Positions 50,069 through 61,053 of a DNA stretch of 64,000 nt are shown one piece after another. The position numbers were made by a program, and so were the translations under genes. Each line of letters begins with the position of its first letter. Positions within the stretch are counted from its first letter, which is position 1. The notes beneath the pieces are model-generated. The model saw only the letters and a list, made by a program, of their open reading frames with translations. It had not been told where the DNA came from and made no database searches. Source of the DNA: Fidelibacterota bacterium. GTDB taxonomy: Bacteria > Fidelibacterota > UBA2242. Location: the NCBI GenBank assembly GCA_016782645.1, contig JADHYC010000003.1, positions 2,819 to 66,818 of the forward strand. Direction: 5' to 3'.

Positions 50069-50791
50069 TCAAGAGCTGGATCGCTCGACAAACATATATC
50101 CAGCGCCGCGTATGCTTTTTATATAAACAGGTTTTTTTGTATCAGGTTCAAAATATTTTCGTAAACGGGCGATGAAATTATCCACTGTCCTGGTTTCAAT
50201 TTTGGAACTGATATTCCAGACTTTTTCCAGCAATTCCTCACGCGATACGATTTTATCTTTTTTTTGAATCAGATATTTCATTACCATAGCTTCTTGTTGA
50301 GTAAGTCGAAATTTTTTATTTACCGATTTGCAGGAAAAGTCAGCGAAATTTATTTCATTTTCGCCAAATTGATACGTTGACACGGATTCAATAGCCGTTT
50401 GATACCACCTCTTGCGTCGTAAAATACCTTTAACCCGCGCCAGTAATTCCTGTAAATGAAATGGTTTTGTAAGGTAATCGTCAGCTCCGATTTCAAGCCC
50501 TCGCACGCGGTCATGGACTGCGGTCCTGGCAGTTAACATAAGAATAGGAGTCATGGGAGATTTTTCACGGACATATTTTGTAACTTCAAACCCGTTAATA
50601 TAGGGAAGCATAATATCAAGAATAATCAGGTCATAAGGTTGTGAATCAAATTGTTCCAGTGCTTTTTTCCCATCCTTCGCCCAGACAACTGAGTAGCCTT
50701 CTTCGCTCAGGTTGAATAATAAACCTTCCGCGAGCGTTTCCTCATCTTCGACCAACAATATTTTACTATTTTGTAAGTTATCCTCATTCAT
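50069..50791 (-). CDS. OmpR-family response regulator
   Basis: LLVEDE, LDIMLP, GADDYLTKPF, winged helix RTVDNFI..RGAGY. Confidence 0.95.
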   Translation of the reverse strand: MNEDNLQNSKILLVEDEETLAEGLLFNLSEEGYSVVWAKDGKKALEQFDSQPYDLIILDIMLPYINGFEVTKYVREKSPMTPILMLTARTAVHDRVRGLEIGADDYLTKPFHLQELLARVKGILRRKRWYQTAIESVSTYQFGENEINFADFSCKSVNKKFRLTQQEAMVMKYLIQKKDKIVSREELLEKVWNISSKIETRTVDNFIARLRKYFEPDTKKPVYIKSIRGAGYMFVERSSS

Positions 50792-50810
50792 ATAAAACTC
50801 TTTAAAGAAT

Positions 50811-51800
50811 TCAATAGGTTGAAGATTTAAGCAATTTATTTAAACGGTGTCGTTTTGATGCCGGATAGACAGGTAGTTCAATGCGAAAAGTTGCACCCTG
50901 ATTAAGTCCTTTGCTATAGGCTCTGATCTTTCCGCCATGATATTTTACAATTTCTTTTACCAGAGTAAGTCCCAGACCAGACCCTCGCAAATCAGGGACG
51001 TCCGGATGATTAACCCTGTAGAATTTGTCGAAAATTCTTTTCTTTTCGTTCGCTGAAAAACCAATTCCCTGATCCTGAAACTCTATTACGTACTTTTTAG
51101 GGCTACATTGCATGTTAATAGTTATTTTTAATTTTTCCGTCGAGTACTTCATTGCATTATTGACAAGATTGTCAAACAGGATTTTGAATGCGTTTTTGTC
51201 AATGATACAGTTACAATGCGCTTCTCCTGTTATTGTAATAGTTCCCGGAGGTAATTTAATCTGTTGGACAATTTCTTCAATTATTTCTTTTATAATATGT
51301 TTTACCTTATATATGCTGCAATGGAACCGATTCTTTTTTTTCTCAAGCCGGGCAATTTCAAGAATAGCATTAATTAATTTGTTAAGCCGATTGGCATCTT
51401 TTTGCATAAATTCGATAAATTCCAATTGTTTTGAGCGTGAAATGTCCCGGACGGTGAGAGTGTCCAAATATAACTGAATAGATGTTAAAGGGGTTTTCAA
51501 TTCATGTGTGACATTGGCTATAAAATTATCATATAGTTTAGTTAGTTTGTACTGTAATCTCAGGCGCCGGAAAATAAGCAATATTCCCAATGACATAGCC
51601 ACAAGTAATACTAAACCGATTACAAAAATAGCTATTGCTCCTCCTGCCTGGATGTTGATTGAATATTGCTCGCCAATATGCTTTAAAATGACATAATTAG
51701 CTACAAACCGGGCGATCCAAAGACCTAACAAAGAGAAACAGGCTACCTGTGCCAGAATAAAAAGAATTATTGCATACGCCTGTGAATACTTTTTTCGCAT
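50811..51800 (-). CDS. Sensor histidine kinase
   Basis: Two TM helices, THELKTPL, NLVNNAMKY, DQGIG, GSGLGL; likely start MRKKY. Confidence 0.93.
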   Translation of the reverse strand: MRKKYSQAYAIILFILAQVACFSLLGLWIARFVANYVILKHIGEQYSINIQAGGAIAIFVIGLVLLVAMSLGILLIFRRLRLQYKLTKLYDNFIANVTHELKTPLTSIQLYLDTLTVRDISRSKQLEFIEFMQKDANRLNKLINAILEIARLEKKKNRFHCSIYKVKHIIKEIIEEIVQQIKLPPGTITITGEAHCNCIIDKNAFKILFDNLVNNAMKYSTEKLKITINMQCSPKKYVIEFQDQGIGFSANEKKRIFDKFYRVNHPDVPDLRGSGLGLTLVKEIVKYHGGKIRAYSKGLNQGATFRIELPVYPASKRHRLNKLLKSSTY

Positions 51801-51830
51801 TTTTTTTAGCCTATTTAATTCATAAATATT

Positions 51831-52025
51831 AGCCACTAAGTCTCTAAGACACTAAGAACCAATAATTTATCTATTGTGCGATCTTTACGTTTAATCATTT
51901 TTTATGAACTATTATCAAAGTTCTAAGTTATCTTAAATCAACATTTTGCGCCTTGGCTTGCCCTGTAGGGAAGAATGACCGTATCAGGGTGTCTTTTTCC
52001 AACGGAATCCCTCTGGGAGTGGCTA
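51831..52025. mobile_element. Empty IR element of GxxExxY-flank architecture with nested palindromic inserts
   Basis: Left AGCCACTAAGTCTCTAAGACACTAAG; right TTTGCGCCTTGG[insert]TGTCTTT[insert]AGTGGCT. Confidence 0.5.
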
Positions 52026-52057
52026 TAAATAATCCAGGTTAGACCAAATTAAGACTA

Positions 52058-52095
52058 TCTACAACTTTTACAATACTTTTACAAAACCTTACTTC
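52058..52095. promoter_or_regulatory. Candidate OmpR-family binding site
   Basis: TTTACAA direct repeats at 11-bp spacing between the two-component genes and the divergent radical SAM gene. Confidence 0.5.
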
Positions 52096-52247
52096 AATAT
52101 TTTGTAAAATAAAGTAGAGAGAAATTTTACAAGTTCAAAGCAGAAAAAAATGGCTCAAAGGATAATAAAAATATTAACGATGGACTTATGGCCGAAGAAA
52201 CACACAATACCGTGAGGGAAAAAAATTTATAAAAGGAGTATTTCTCT

Positions 52248-53726
52248 ATGAAAATATTAATGGTTTCTCCTGAAACCCCGAAAACTTTTTGGAGTTTTTC
52301 ACATGCGGTAAAATTTGTTTCAAAGAAATCGTCTGAGATTCCCCTAGGATTAATCACCATGGCGGCAATCTTACCGGAAAAATGGGAAAAGCGCTTAATT
52401 GATATGAATGTTTCTAGGTTAAGGGATAAGGATATTTTATGGGCGGATTTTGTTTTCTTAAGTGGGATGAATGTTCATATTACGTCTATTAAAAAAATTA
52501 TCAGTCGCTGCAACGATTTGGGTGTAAAAATCGTGGCTGGCGGACCTTTAGCCACAACAAACCACCAACAATTTTTAGGGGTGGATCATTTCGTGCTCAA
52601 CGAAGCGGAAATTACTTTACCGCTTTTCCTACAAGACCTGGAAGCCGGCACGCCAAAACATGTATATGCGACTAATGAATATCCGGATATTTCCAAAACG
52701 CCCAAACCTATGTGGAATTTACTTAAGACGAAGAAGTATGTTTCAATGAACATACAATATTCTCGGGGTTGCCCGTACAATTGCGAATTTTGCAGTATAA
52801 CGATGTTAAACGGTCGTAAGCCGAGAACAAAAAGCAGAGAGCAGTTTTTAGATGAATTGACTTCTTTATATAATACAGGTTGGCGCCGTAATGTTTTCAT
52901 TGTTGATGATAATTTTATTGGCAATAAGAAAAAATTAAAAGCTGATATTTTACCGGCAATGATTGAATGGATGGAAGAAAGGAATCGCCCTTTTACTTTT
53001 ACAACCGAAGCTTCTATAAATATCGCTGACGATGATGAGTTAATGGATCTGATGGTAAAAGCGGGGTTTTACCATACTTTTATCGGTATAGAGACGCCCA
53101 ATAATGAAAGTCTTGCCGAATGTGGAAAATCAATGAATCTCAGTCGAGACATTGTATCATCCGTAAAAAAGTTACAACACAAGGGGTTTATCGTTTCTGG
53201 AGGTTTTATCGTCGGCTTTGATAATGACCCGCCAGATATTTTTAATCAACAGATTAACCTTATCCAAAAAAGTGGAATTGTTACTGCAATGGTCGGCTTG
53301 CTAAATGCTCCAAAAGGGACTAAACTCTATAATAGGTTAGGCAAAGAAAATCGTCTAATTGGAATTATGAGTGGCGACAACCTGGATGGTTCTACAAATT
53401 TTATTCCCAAAATGAACTATCAACAACTAATAACCGGATATAAAGGAATTTTACGGTTTATTTATTCTCAGAAGAATTATTATGAACGCGTTAAAACCTT
53501 TTTAAAAGAATATTCCCAGCCTGTCATCAACTCAAGAATGCCATCGTTTTCTGATATTCGTGCATTGTTTCGCTCTGTATGGAAACTGGGGATTTTTGAA
53601 AAAGGCAGACGATATTACTGGAAGTTGCTGTTTTACAGCCTGTTCAAACATCCTAAGAAATTTCCTCTTGCTGTAACCTTAGCTATATATGGATTTCATT
53701 TTCGTAGAGTTGTGGAATCGATATAA
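52248..53726 (+). CDS. B12-binding-domain radical SAM protein (DUF4070-type C-terminus)
   Basis: PLGLIT, GGPL, SRGCPYNCEFC, VDDNFIG, FIGIETP, GFIVGFDND. Confidence 0.92.
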   Translation: MKILMVSPETPKTFWSFSHAVKFVSKKSSEIPLGLITMAAILPEKWEKRLIDMNVSRLRDKDILWADFVFLSGMNVHITSIKKIISRCNDLGVKIVAGGPLATTNHQQFLGVDHFVLNEAEITLPLFLQDLEAGTPKHVYATNEYPDISKTPKPMWNLLKTKKYVSMNIQYSRGCPYNCEFCSITMLNGRKPRTKSREQFLDELTSLYNTGWRRNVFIVDDNFIGNKKKLKADILPAMIEWMEERNRPFTFTTEASINIADDDELMDLMVKAGFYHTFIGIETPNNESLAECGKSMNLSRDIVSSVKKLQHKGFIVSGGFIVGFDNDPPDIFNQQINLIQKSGIVTAMVGLLNAPKGTKLYNRLGKENRLIGIMSGDNLDGSTNFIPKMNYQQLITGYKGILRFIYSQKNYYERVKTFLKEYSQPVINSRMPSFSDIRALFRSVWKLGIFEKGRRYYWKLLFYSLFKHPKKFPLAVTLAIYGFHFRRVVESI

Positions 53727-53822
53727 ATTCTAGGTACAATTAGAGATAGCAAATTGTCTATAGGAAGTCGGTGTACTTCAAGACTATAAGACATTTCTTT
53801 TAAGAATAGCTGTAAGTTTAAC

Positions 53823-53978
53823 TTAAAGAATTACCGGATGTTTGTATAGGGAAGAGTTCTTTTCTGTTGGGTGATATTCCTGAAATTGGTCAAGTAATTA
53901 CGATTTGCCACCTACCGATTTTAGAAGTGGTTTTGGCTTTCCAATTTTTTTCGGGGCTTCTACAATATTTTGAATCAT
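53823..53978 (-). pseudogene. 5' fragment of a Dam-family DNA adenine methyltransferase
   Basis: MIQNIVEAPKKIGKPKPLLKSVGGKS*LLDQFQEYHP resembles the Dam N-terminal motif KPFLKWAGGKxQLL. Confidence 0.65.
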
Positions 53979-54264
53979 TTAGATCTTTAAAAATTTTAAT
54001 GGAAAATCACAAGAAATTGAGGCAAAATTATTATCTTTTATTGATGTTTCTAACTTTATAACAATGAATAATCACTCTTAACACAAATGACAATTATAAT
54101 CTTACCACCAGACAAATATTATGGAATTTTATAAATATGATATTAAATTTTCACAATTTAAGGATAGTGGAAAATTAAAGGTTCAAAATGCAAGATAATC
54201 TCGAGAAAAGTAAAATACAGACTCAATATATAGTGATGTTTTTCGCATGATGTGGAGAAAAATA

Positions 54265-54957
54265 ATGAAAATTTTTTGTATATTTTTTATTTTTTTATTA
54301 GCGACTATTACATTTGCTCAAAATCTTCAGTTACATTATGATTTTGGAGAAGATCGTCACTATTTCACATCAACTCTGGAAATGTTTAAACCTGATGATT
54401 ACGGTGCAACCTTTTGGTTTGTTGATATTGATTATAATGATGGAGCAGGTGAAAAAAGCGCTTGTATGGCTTATTTGGAAATTGCCCGTTTTTTTAAGTG
54501 GCCTTTTTTTAAAAATAACAATGCCTTGAGCAAATTAAGTACTACTATTCAGTATAATGATGGTTTAGATACTTTTAGCGGTTTTGGGAATGTGTGGTTG
54601 GCTGGTATGAGTTATCCTGTTAACCTTGGATTTGTTACAATTGATACAGATATTCTTTTCAGGAAAGCAGAGAATCAGGATGCTAATTTTCAATTTACTT
54701 TTGTATGGTTTAAACCATTCTTTGATGGTAAAGTATCTTTCAGCGGTTTTATGGATATCTGGGGACAGGGAAATTTTGATTTTGACGCGGATGGGACTGA
54801 AAAACAGGTTGTATTGTTAACCGAACCTCAACTATGGTACAATGTTAATAAGTATCTTTTTGTCGGTGGCGAAGTTGAAATTAGTCGTAACTTTATATAC
54901 GGAGCAGGCGACAAACTTAAAGTTATGCCCACTCTGGGTTTAAAATGGAACTTCTAA
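54265..54957 (+). CDS. DUF5020 (Tsx-like) outer-membrane protein
   Basis: QNLQLHYDFG, STLEMFKPD..G.TFWFVD, EPQLWYN, terminal KWNF. Confidence 0.85.
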   Translation: MKIFCIFFIFLLATITFAQNLQLHYDFGEDRHYFTSTLEMFKPDDYGATFWFVDIDYNDGAGEKSACMAYLEIARFFKWPFFKNNNALSKLSTTIQYNDGLDTFSGFGNVWLAGMSYPVNLGFVTIDTDILFRKAENQDANFQFTFVWFKPFFDGKVSFSGFMDIWGQGNFDFDADGTEKQVVLLTEPQLWYNVNKYLFVGGEVEISRNFIYGAGDKLKVMPTLGLKWNF

Positions 54958-55145
54958 GCAAAAGAATAGAAAGTAAATAGCTAACATTTCTCACTTCGTA
55001 ACCTATTGATAATGCGATATATGATAAGTATGAAAGTAAAAAAGGCTATAAACTCAATAGCCCAGCCATTTATGGCCGGGAAAAGATATATTATTAAGGT
55101 TTTTACACCGTTTACGGCGTTTCTACATGATTTCAATGGAATTAT

Positions 55146-57029
55146 TTATAGTCCGTTTTTAGCCAATATTTTCTCTATTTCGTTCATTGCCCAGTTCATC
55201 TCTTTCATAGTTTTATTGAAAGGTTCGGCAGTGGTCATATCAACCCCAGCTTTTTTAAGCAGGCTAATAGGATAATCGGAGCCACCCGAGGAGATGAAAT
55301 TGATGTATTTTTTCAATGCCCCTTTTTCATTGTTTCTGACCTTTTCTGAAAGGGCAGTAGCGCCTGTCCATGAAGTTGAATATTGGTAGACATAAAAATT
55401 ATAGTAAAAATGCGGAATATAAGCCCATTCCACATTGATAATGTCATCAACATAACAAATGCCTTTATCGTGACCATAATAGGCTCTTACTATCTCTTTA
55501 TAAAGTTCAGAAAGTGAGTCACCGGTAAGCTGTTCGCCGCGTTCAGCTATTTCATGTATTCTGAGTTCAAATTCGGCAAATTGTGTTTGACGAAAGACTG
55601 AACCTTTAATCCCATCAAGATATTCCATCAATAAATTTAGTCTGATATTTTCATCTTTAATACTTTCTAAGTAGTCATGAAAAAGTAATATTTCATTGAA
55701 TGTAGAAGCTACTTCTGCTACAAAAATTGAATAATCGGCTGTTGGATAAGGTTGTTTATTGTTTGAGTAATAGCTGTGCATAGTATGTCCAAGTTCATGA
55801 GCAAGTGTGCTGACATCGTTGTAAGTTCCATTGAAATTTAATAGAATATATGGATGGACATCATAGGCACTACCGTTTGAATATGCTCCTGAACGCTTTC
55901 CCGGTGTTGGATAAACATCAATCCAGCGGTCATTAAGAGCTTTATTAATAACTTTGATGTACTTTTTTCCTAATGGCTTCAGTGCTGATATGACCATTTC
56001 TTTTGCTTCATCAATTGTGTATTCTATATCCAGTTCTTTTACAACAGGAGCATATAGGTCGGAATATTTTAGTTGCTCAACCCCCAGCATGCGCTTTTTA
56101 ATTTTTAAATATCGGTGAAAGGATTCCAAATTATCATTAACATTTTTAATTAAAGAATAATATACCTCGACAGGGATATTATTTGCATCCAGCGCGCTTT
56201 CAAGCGAATTGTTATAACTACGTACTCTGGCATAGAACATATCTTTTTTCACATTTGCATCGAGGTTTGTTCCAAAAGTGCGTTTAAATTCATTTAGTTT
56301 GCCAAAGAAAGTCTGGAAAACCGCTTCTCTATCTTTACGGTTAGGTAATGTGCGGTATTTGGTGTAGCCTGACTGGTTTAAAAGAGCTTTTGAGCCGTCA
56401 ATTAATTCTATTTCTGGAAAGGGTAGCTCGGCATTGCTAAAAATACTGAAAATTGAATAAGGAGTTCCTGCCATTAATCCAGTTTCGGCAATAATTTTTT
56501 CCTCCTTTTCAGAAAGTAAATGTTCTTTACTTCGTTGTAGATCATACAAATAGAATTTATAATCCTTTAAGCGGGATTCATTTAATATAAATTCATCAAT
56601 TTTCTTTTTATCCATTTTAAGTATTTCAGGGTTGATGAATGAAGATTTCGAATTATAGTCTGTATATAGTTGAGAGATTTCCTGTTTCATTGCAAGATAT
56701 TTTGAGCTTCGTGTATCCTGATCGAATTTCATTCCTGCATAGCTGCGAAGACATCCCAATTCCTTTTTAATCTTACTATCTGATTTCAGACATGATAATA
56801 AATTGTATGGAGATTTGGATATTTCTCCTTTGAATTTCAAAATGTTATCAAATTGAGTAACAAGGACATTTTTAACATCTGCCCATGCTTCATCAGTGTC
56901 ATAAAGATCTGTTAAGTCCCATGTGTATTCTACAGGAATTTCGGATCTTTCGCGAGTTTGTGAGACAACGTTCGAATTAGTTAGAAAAAAAGTTAAAAGA
57001 ATTATAATAATACTCATTATTTTCTCCAT
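55146..57029 (-). CDS. pepF: Oligoendopeptidase F (M3B) with signal peptide
   Basis: WDLTDLY, GKRSGAYS, AHELGH, FVAEVAS, PHFYYNFYVYQY. Confidence 0.95.
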   Translation of the reverse strand: MEKIMSIIIILLTFFLTNSNVVSQTRERSEIPVEYTWDLTDLYDTDEAWADVKNVLVTQFDNILKFKGEISKSPYNLLSCLKSDSKIKKELGCLRSYAGMKFDQDTRSSKYLAMKQEISQLYTDYNSKSSFINPEILKMDKKKIDEFILNESRLKDYKFYLYDLQRSKEHLLSEKEEKIIAETGLMAGTPYSIFSIFSNAELPFPEIELIDGSKALLNQSGYTKYRTLPNRKDREAVFQTFFGKLNEFKRTFGTNLDANVKKDMFYARVRSYNNSLESALDANNIPVEVYYSLIKNVNDNLESFHRYLKIKKRMLGVEQLKYSDLYAPVVKELDIEYTIDEAKEMVISALKPLGKKYIKVINKALNDRWIDVYPTPGKRSGAYSNGSAYDVHPYILLNFNGTYNDVSTLAHELGHTMHSYYSNNKQPYPTADYSIFVAEVASTFNEILLFHDYLESIKDENIRLNLLMEYLDGIKGSVFRQTQFAEFELRIHEIAERGEQLTGDSLSELYKEIVRAYYGHDKGICYVDDIINVEWAYIPHFYYNFYVYQYSTSWTGATALSEKVRNNEKGALKKYINFISSGGSDYPISLLKKAGVDMTTAEPFNKTMKEMNWAMNEIEKILAKNGL

Positions 57030-57589
57030 GACTGCCCCTTGATGAAATTTTCAGTTTTTAACTCAAAGTTTATGATTCATAATTACAACCCATAAAATTT
57101 GCATTTATTATTAATATTCAGCAACTATTTTTTCTTATCACCTGATTATTTTGGACTTTTTTAATAATTAGCTAAAAGGGTTCTACCCTTTGGTAAAGCC
57201 GAACCCCATTCTGAAAATATTAATTTCATTCCGATTTATTCGGTATTCAACTTATTAGAGGATCGTAATAAACCCCTTCCGGCTTCGCAAGGTTCTACTC
57301 TTATTAGAGGGGAATTCCCCCTTTATAAAAAAGGAGGAATAAAAAGGGGATTGTAAAAATATTCCATTATTGCCTAAGTTATAGAAAGATAAAAAATATT
57401 GAGAGTTAATGCTTCACGTTAACTTATTTGTATATGCATGATCTGTAGATTGTTTAAAAACAATTTTTCAATATTGAATTTCCGATTTTGAATTGTATAT
57501 TTGTTTAGGTAATAAGAAGATTTAGATACTTGATATGGGATTCTTGAATTTTAGTACTCGAATCCAGAGCAGAAAATAAATCAGGAGAA

Positions 57590-58102
57590 GTGATGGCTAA
57601 CAAAATTAAAGATTCTGATAAAGAAAAATATAAAATAAAAAGAAAGTCCTGGGACGAATATTTTCTTGATATAGCAGATATGGTGGCGTCACGTTCTACC
57701 TGTTTTAGGAATAAGGTTGGGGCAGTTATTGTAAAGGATAAAGTGATTATTGCCACAGGATATAATGGAGCCCCGACTCACCAACCCAATTGTCTTGAAA
57801 TAGGTAATTGTTACCGGGACAGGCATAAAATCAGATCGGGAACCCAGCTGGAAAGGTGTCGTGCAGTTGGTTCACATGCAGAATCCAATGCTATTGTTCT
57901 TGCTGCGCGAAATGGTCAAAGTACTTCAAGCGGGACAATATATATTGTAGGTCATAGATTTATTTGTAACCAGTGTAAGGCAATTATTGCTAATGCTAAA
58001 ATTGATCGTGTTATCCAGAGAATAATAAATGGAAAAGTGGAAGAAGTAATACCATCAAGGGATTGGACTATTCATCCTGTAGATCAGGAAAATTCAAACT
58101 AA
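57590..58102 (+). CDS. dCMP deaminase/ComEB-like zinc deaminase
   Basis: WDEYF, RSTC, VGAVIV, ATGYNG, HAESNA, CNQC. Confidence 0.88.
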   Translation: MMANKIKDSDKEKYKIKRKSWDEYFLDIADMVASRSTCFRNKVGAVIVKDKVIIATGYNGAPTHQPNCLEIGNCYRDRHKIRSGTQLERCRAVGSHAESNAIVLAARNGQSTSSGTIYIVGHRFICNQCKAIIANAKIDRVIQRIINGKVEEVIPSRDWTIHPVDQENSN

Positions 58103-58130
58103 ATGTAAATTGACGATCATTTTTCACGTT

Positions 58131-58826
58131 TCATTTTCTTCTTTTTTTTATACCTGCTAAATCCAGCAATTCACTAAAACAATGAATCATAAAGTCTGGA
58201 TTTAGCTTACGCAGTTCATCTTCGGAGCGCATTCCATAAGTAACTGCACATGTAAATGTCTTTGCTGCTTTTCCAGATAAAATATCCTTGTCACTATCTC
58301 CAACCATAATTGCTTCATCTGTTTTCACCGAAAATTTTTTCAATATATAAAGAAGAGGCTCCGGGTTCGGCTTTTTCGCTTCAAGAGAATCACCACCAAG
58401 AATTATGTTAAAATATTTATGGAGATTAAAGTGCTTCAAAATTTCAAATGTGTAGTTGTATGCTTTATTGGAAATAACTGCCATAGATATTCCATTTAAA
58501 TCGGATAAAGTTTCTTTAATCATTGGATATGGGGTGGTTGTATCAAAAAGATGTTCTGAGTAATATTCTTTATACTTCTTTACAGCTCGAGATAAAAATT
58601 CATTATCCCAGGAATAGTGTTCATCATTATGTACTGATTCGCCAAAAGCACGGCTTACTGATTTATTTATTCCGTCACCGATATGCCGGGTGCATTGATT
58701 AAGATTAATGGGTTCATATCCATAATATCTCAGAGTAAAGTTGATTGAAGTGGCAATATCCCTGATTGAGTCAACAAGTGTACCATCAAGATCGAAGAGA
58801 ATTGCTTTAATTTTGAGGCTATTCAT
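58131..58826 (-). CDS. HAD-IA hydrolase (phosphoglycolate phosphatase-like)
   Basis: FDLDGTLVDS, SNK, KPNP, VGDSDKD. Confidence 0.9.
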   Translation of the reverse strand: MNSLKIKAILFDLDGTLVDSIRDIATSINFTLRYYGYEPINLNQCTRHIGDGINKSVSRAFGESVHNDEHYSWDNEFLSRAVKKYKEYYSEHLFDTTTPYPMIKETLSDLNGISMAVISNKAYNYTFEILKHFNLHKYFNIILGGDSLEAKKPNPEPLLYILKKFSVKTDEAIMVGDSDKDILSGKAAKTFTCAVTYGMRSEDELRKLNPDFMIHCFSELLDLAGIKKRRK

Positions 58827-58982
58827 GGCTGAGGAGTATAATAGATATAATTAGAAAATTCAATTTAATATTTTCTTTAAAGTTCTGCTATGCTCACTCA
58901 TAGCAGTTGAGAACTTTCTGGAAATTCAATTCGGTGCTTGATACTGGGAATTGAAGTTGGGTTTTTCTGTGGGATGTTTTTT

Positions 58983-60059
58983 TCATATTTTCTCATCAAT
59001 AAGTTTATAACTTCTACTTCCTAATCCTATTTTTTCGCCATATATCAATTGTGTGTTAGCGTCAATATTTGGGTATGAAAGTTCGGATATATTTTTATTA
59101 TTTATTATTGTTAGATCCAAAACTGCCTGGTCTATAGCAACAGGATCTTTTCCTGCCAATACACCGATATCATCAATTATTGGTTTTGATTTTACTCCAA
59201 AACAGTCACAATCCTGTGTCATTTTGATTAAAAATGTAAAGTACCCGATTTTACCTTTTTTCTGTTTGATAATTCCAAGTGCATGCTCCGCAATCTGTTT
59301 TTGGAGTTCTGTTGATGAATTGTCCCATTTAAATTTCACTGCACTAAAACGGCAAACGGCTATGCATTCGCCGCAACCTATGCATATAGTTTCATCTATA
59401 GTAGCAAAATTATCACCAACATTTATTGCGTTTTCGGGGCACCATTCGGCACAAATACCACAGGCAGTACATTTATTTTGGTTAATCATAGGTTTGGAGA
59501 CCGAATGTTGCGTTAATTTTCCTTTTCTGCTTGCCATTCCCATACCCATATTTTTAATTGTTGCAGCAAGTCCTATGTTTATATGACCTGTTACATGACT
59601 GATTACGATTAAAGAATTTGCGGTTACTAAATCTACAGCAAGACTTACAGATTTATTTATCGGAGCGTCAATTCTTATTTCAATTTCATTTCTGCCGGCA
59701 ATTCCATCGGAAATAATTATAGGTGCACCAATAGTTTTAAGAGAAAACCCATGTTCATGTGCAAGAGTGATATGATCGACGGCGTTATCGCGAGCACTTT
59801 TGTAAAGTACATTAGTGTCCGTAACAAATGGTTTGGCGCCAAAACTTTTTACTATTCTTACGATAGGTTCTATGTATGCTGGCGGTAAAAATGTATTATT
59901 TCCTTTTTCACCAAAGTGAACTTTCAGAGCTGTAAGGTCATTTTTACCTATTATTTTGTCGAAACCTGCTTTATGAAAAAGCTTCTTTAGACGGCTTTTA
60001 ACTTTATTATCAGGATCGGTTGTTTTAAATCTTATTAAATGTACATTGCATGTTTGCAT
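58983..60059 (-). CDS. DUF362 domain Fe-S protein
   Basis: KVHFGEKGN, SHVTGH, KNMGMG, two CxxCxxC ferredoxin motifs, CDC, DPVAIDQA. Confidence 0.9.
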   Translation of the reverse strand: MQTCNVHLIRFKTTDPDNKVKSRLKKLFHKAGFDKIIGKNDLTALKVHFGEKGNNTFLPPAYIEPIVRIVKSFGAKPFVTDTNVLYKSARDNAVDHITLAHEHGFSLKTIGAPIIISDGIAGRNEIEIRIDAPINKSVSLAVDLVTANSLIVISHVTGHINIGLAATIKNMGMGMASRKGKLTQHSVSKPMINQNKCTACGICAEWCPENAINVGDNFATIDETICIGCGECIAVCRFSAVKFKWDNSSTELQKQIAEHALGIIKQKKGKIGYFTFLIKMTQDCDCFGVKSKPIIDDIGVLAGKDPVAIDQAVLDLTIINNKNISELSYPNIDANTQLIYGEKIGLGSRSYKLIDEKI

Positions 60060-60357
60060 ATTTCACCTTTCGTTTTTGACAATGTGCGAATTTAATATAA
60101 AAAGTTATTGATTACATAAAATAACAAAAATTTATTGCATGTGATGCTAGTAATGGAGGTTTTAAAACAGTCTTTTTAATAAGTCCCTGAAATCGGAACT
60201 CCCTCAGAAAATCAAAGGGAAATATAATAACTTTAAGGAAAGTCTAAGACTAAAATCCTTTTGCTTTCGCTACTTTGAATGTATATTTTCTTGTGTAAAT
60301 AGTGAAATTTGCTTTTAATTGGAAATATAAGGGATAAAAATAGCTAAGGCAAAAACT

Positions 60358-61053
60358 ATGAACGGTAAACGCTACATACTTATTACTTTTTTAACAATTT
60401 ACTTTTTTCTTTTATTGAATTCATCACTCGCAGGTAAACGATTTAATATTGACGATCCATACGCTAAATATGGCGGACTAACACTAATTCAGACTGATCG
60501 TGGTTCTGGTCTGGGGGGGTTTTTTGAATGGTCAATAAATACTTCAAATAGGATTGGTATTAATGCTAGTTTATTAATGGTAAAAGGGAAATATGATTAT
60601 CCTATTGTTGTATATGATTATTCATATCGTCCTTACGTTATTGAGAAATCGGATAAAAAGCGTTTAAGTTTACTACCGGTATATGCCAATTATAAGAGAA
60701 TATTATTTACTGACGCAATTGCAAATAATTTCCGACCGTTTCTAAACATATCCCTCGGTCCAGTTATTGCCTTTGATCCACCAAACATTCCGGATTTTCT
60801 AAAAAGGTGGAAAAAAATGACAACTGCTTATACCTTTGGAGGAAGAATAGGAGCGGGGGTAGATTTTTTGTATGGTCCGGGTACGATTATTACCCTTTAT
60901 TTTGGTTATGATTATATTCATTTTGCTAAGAAAATTGATATAACTAAGTATGAGGGTGAAATTCCCGAAGATTGGGTATTCCCAGAAGATTATAACGGGT
61001 TAAAAAATTACAGTGGTTTAATACTTAAAATTGGTTTTGGTAAGAAATATTAA
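60358..61053 (+). CDS. Putative small outer-membrane beta-barrel protein
   Basis: Signal peptide, amphipathic strands, terminal IGFGKKY. Confidence 0.65.
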   Translation: MNGKRYILITFLTIYFFLLLNSSLAGKRFNIDDPYAKYGGLTLIQTDRGSGLGGFFEWSINTSNRIGINASLLMVKGKYDYPIVVYDYSYRPYVIEKSDKKRLSLLPVYANYKRILFTDAIANNFRPFLNISLGPVIAFDPPNIPDFLKRWKKMTTAYTFGGRIGAGVDFLYGPGTIITLYFGYDYIHFAKKIDITKYEGEIPEDWVFPEDYNGLKNYSGLILKIGFGKKY

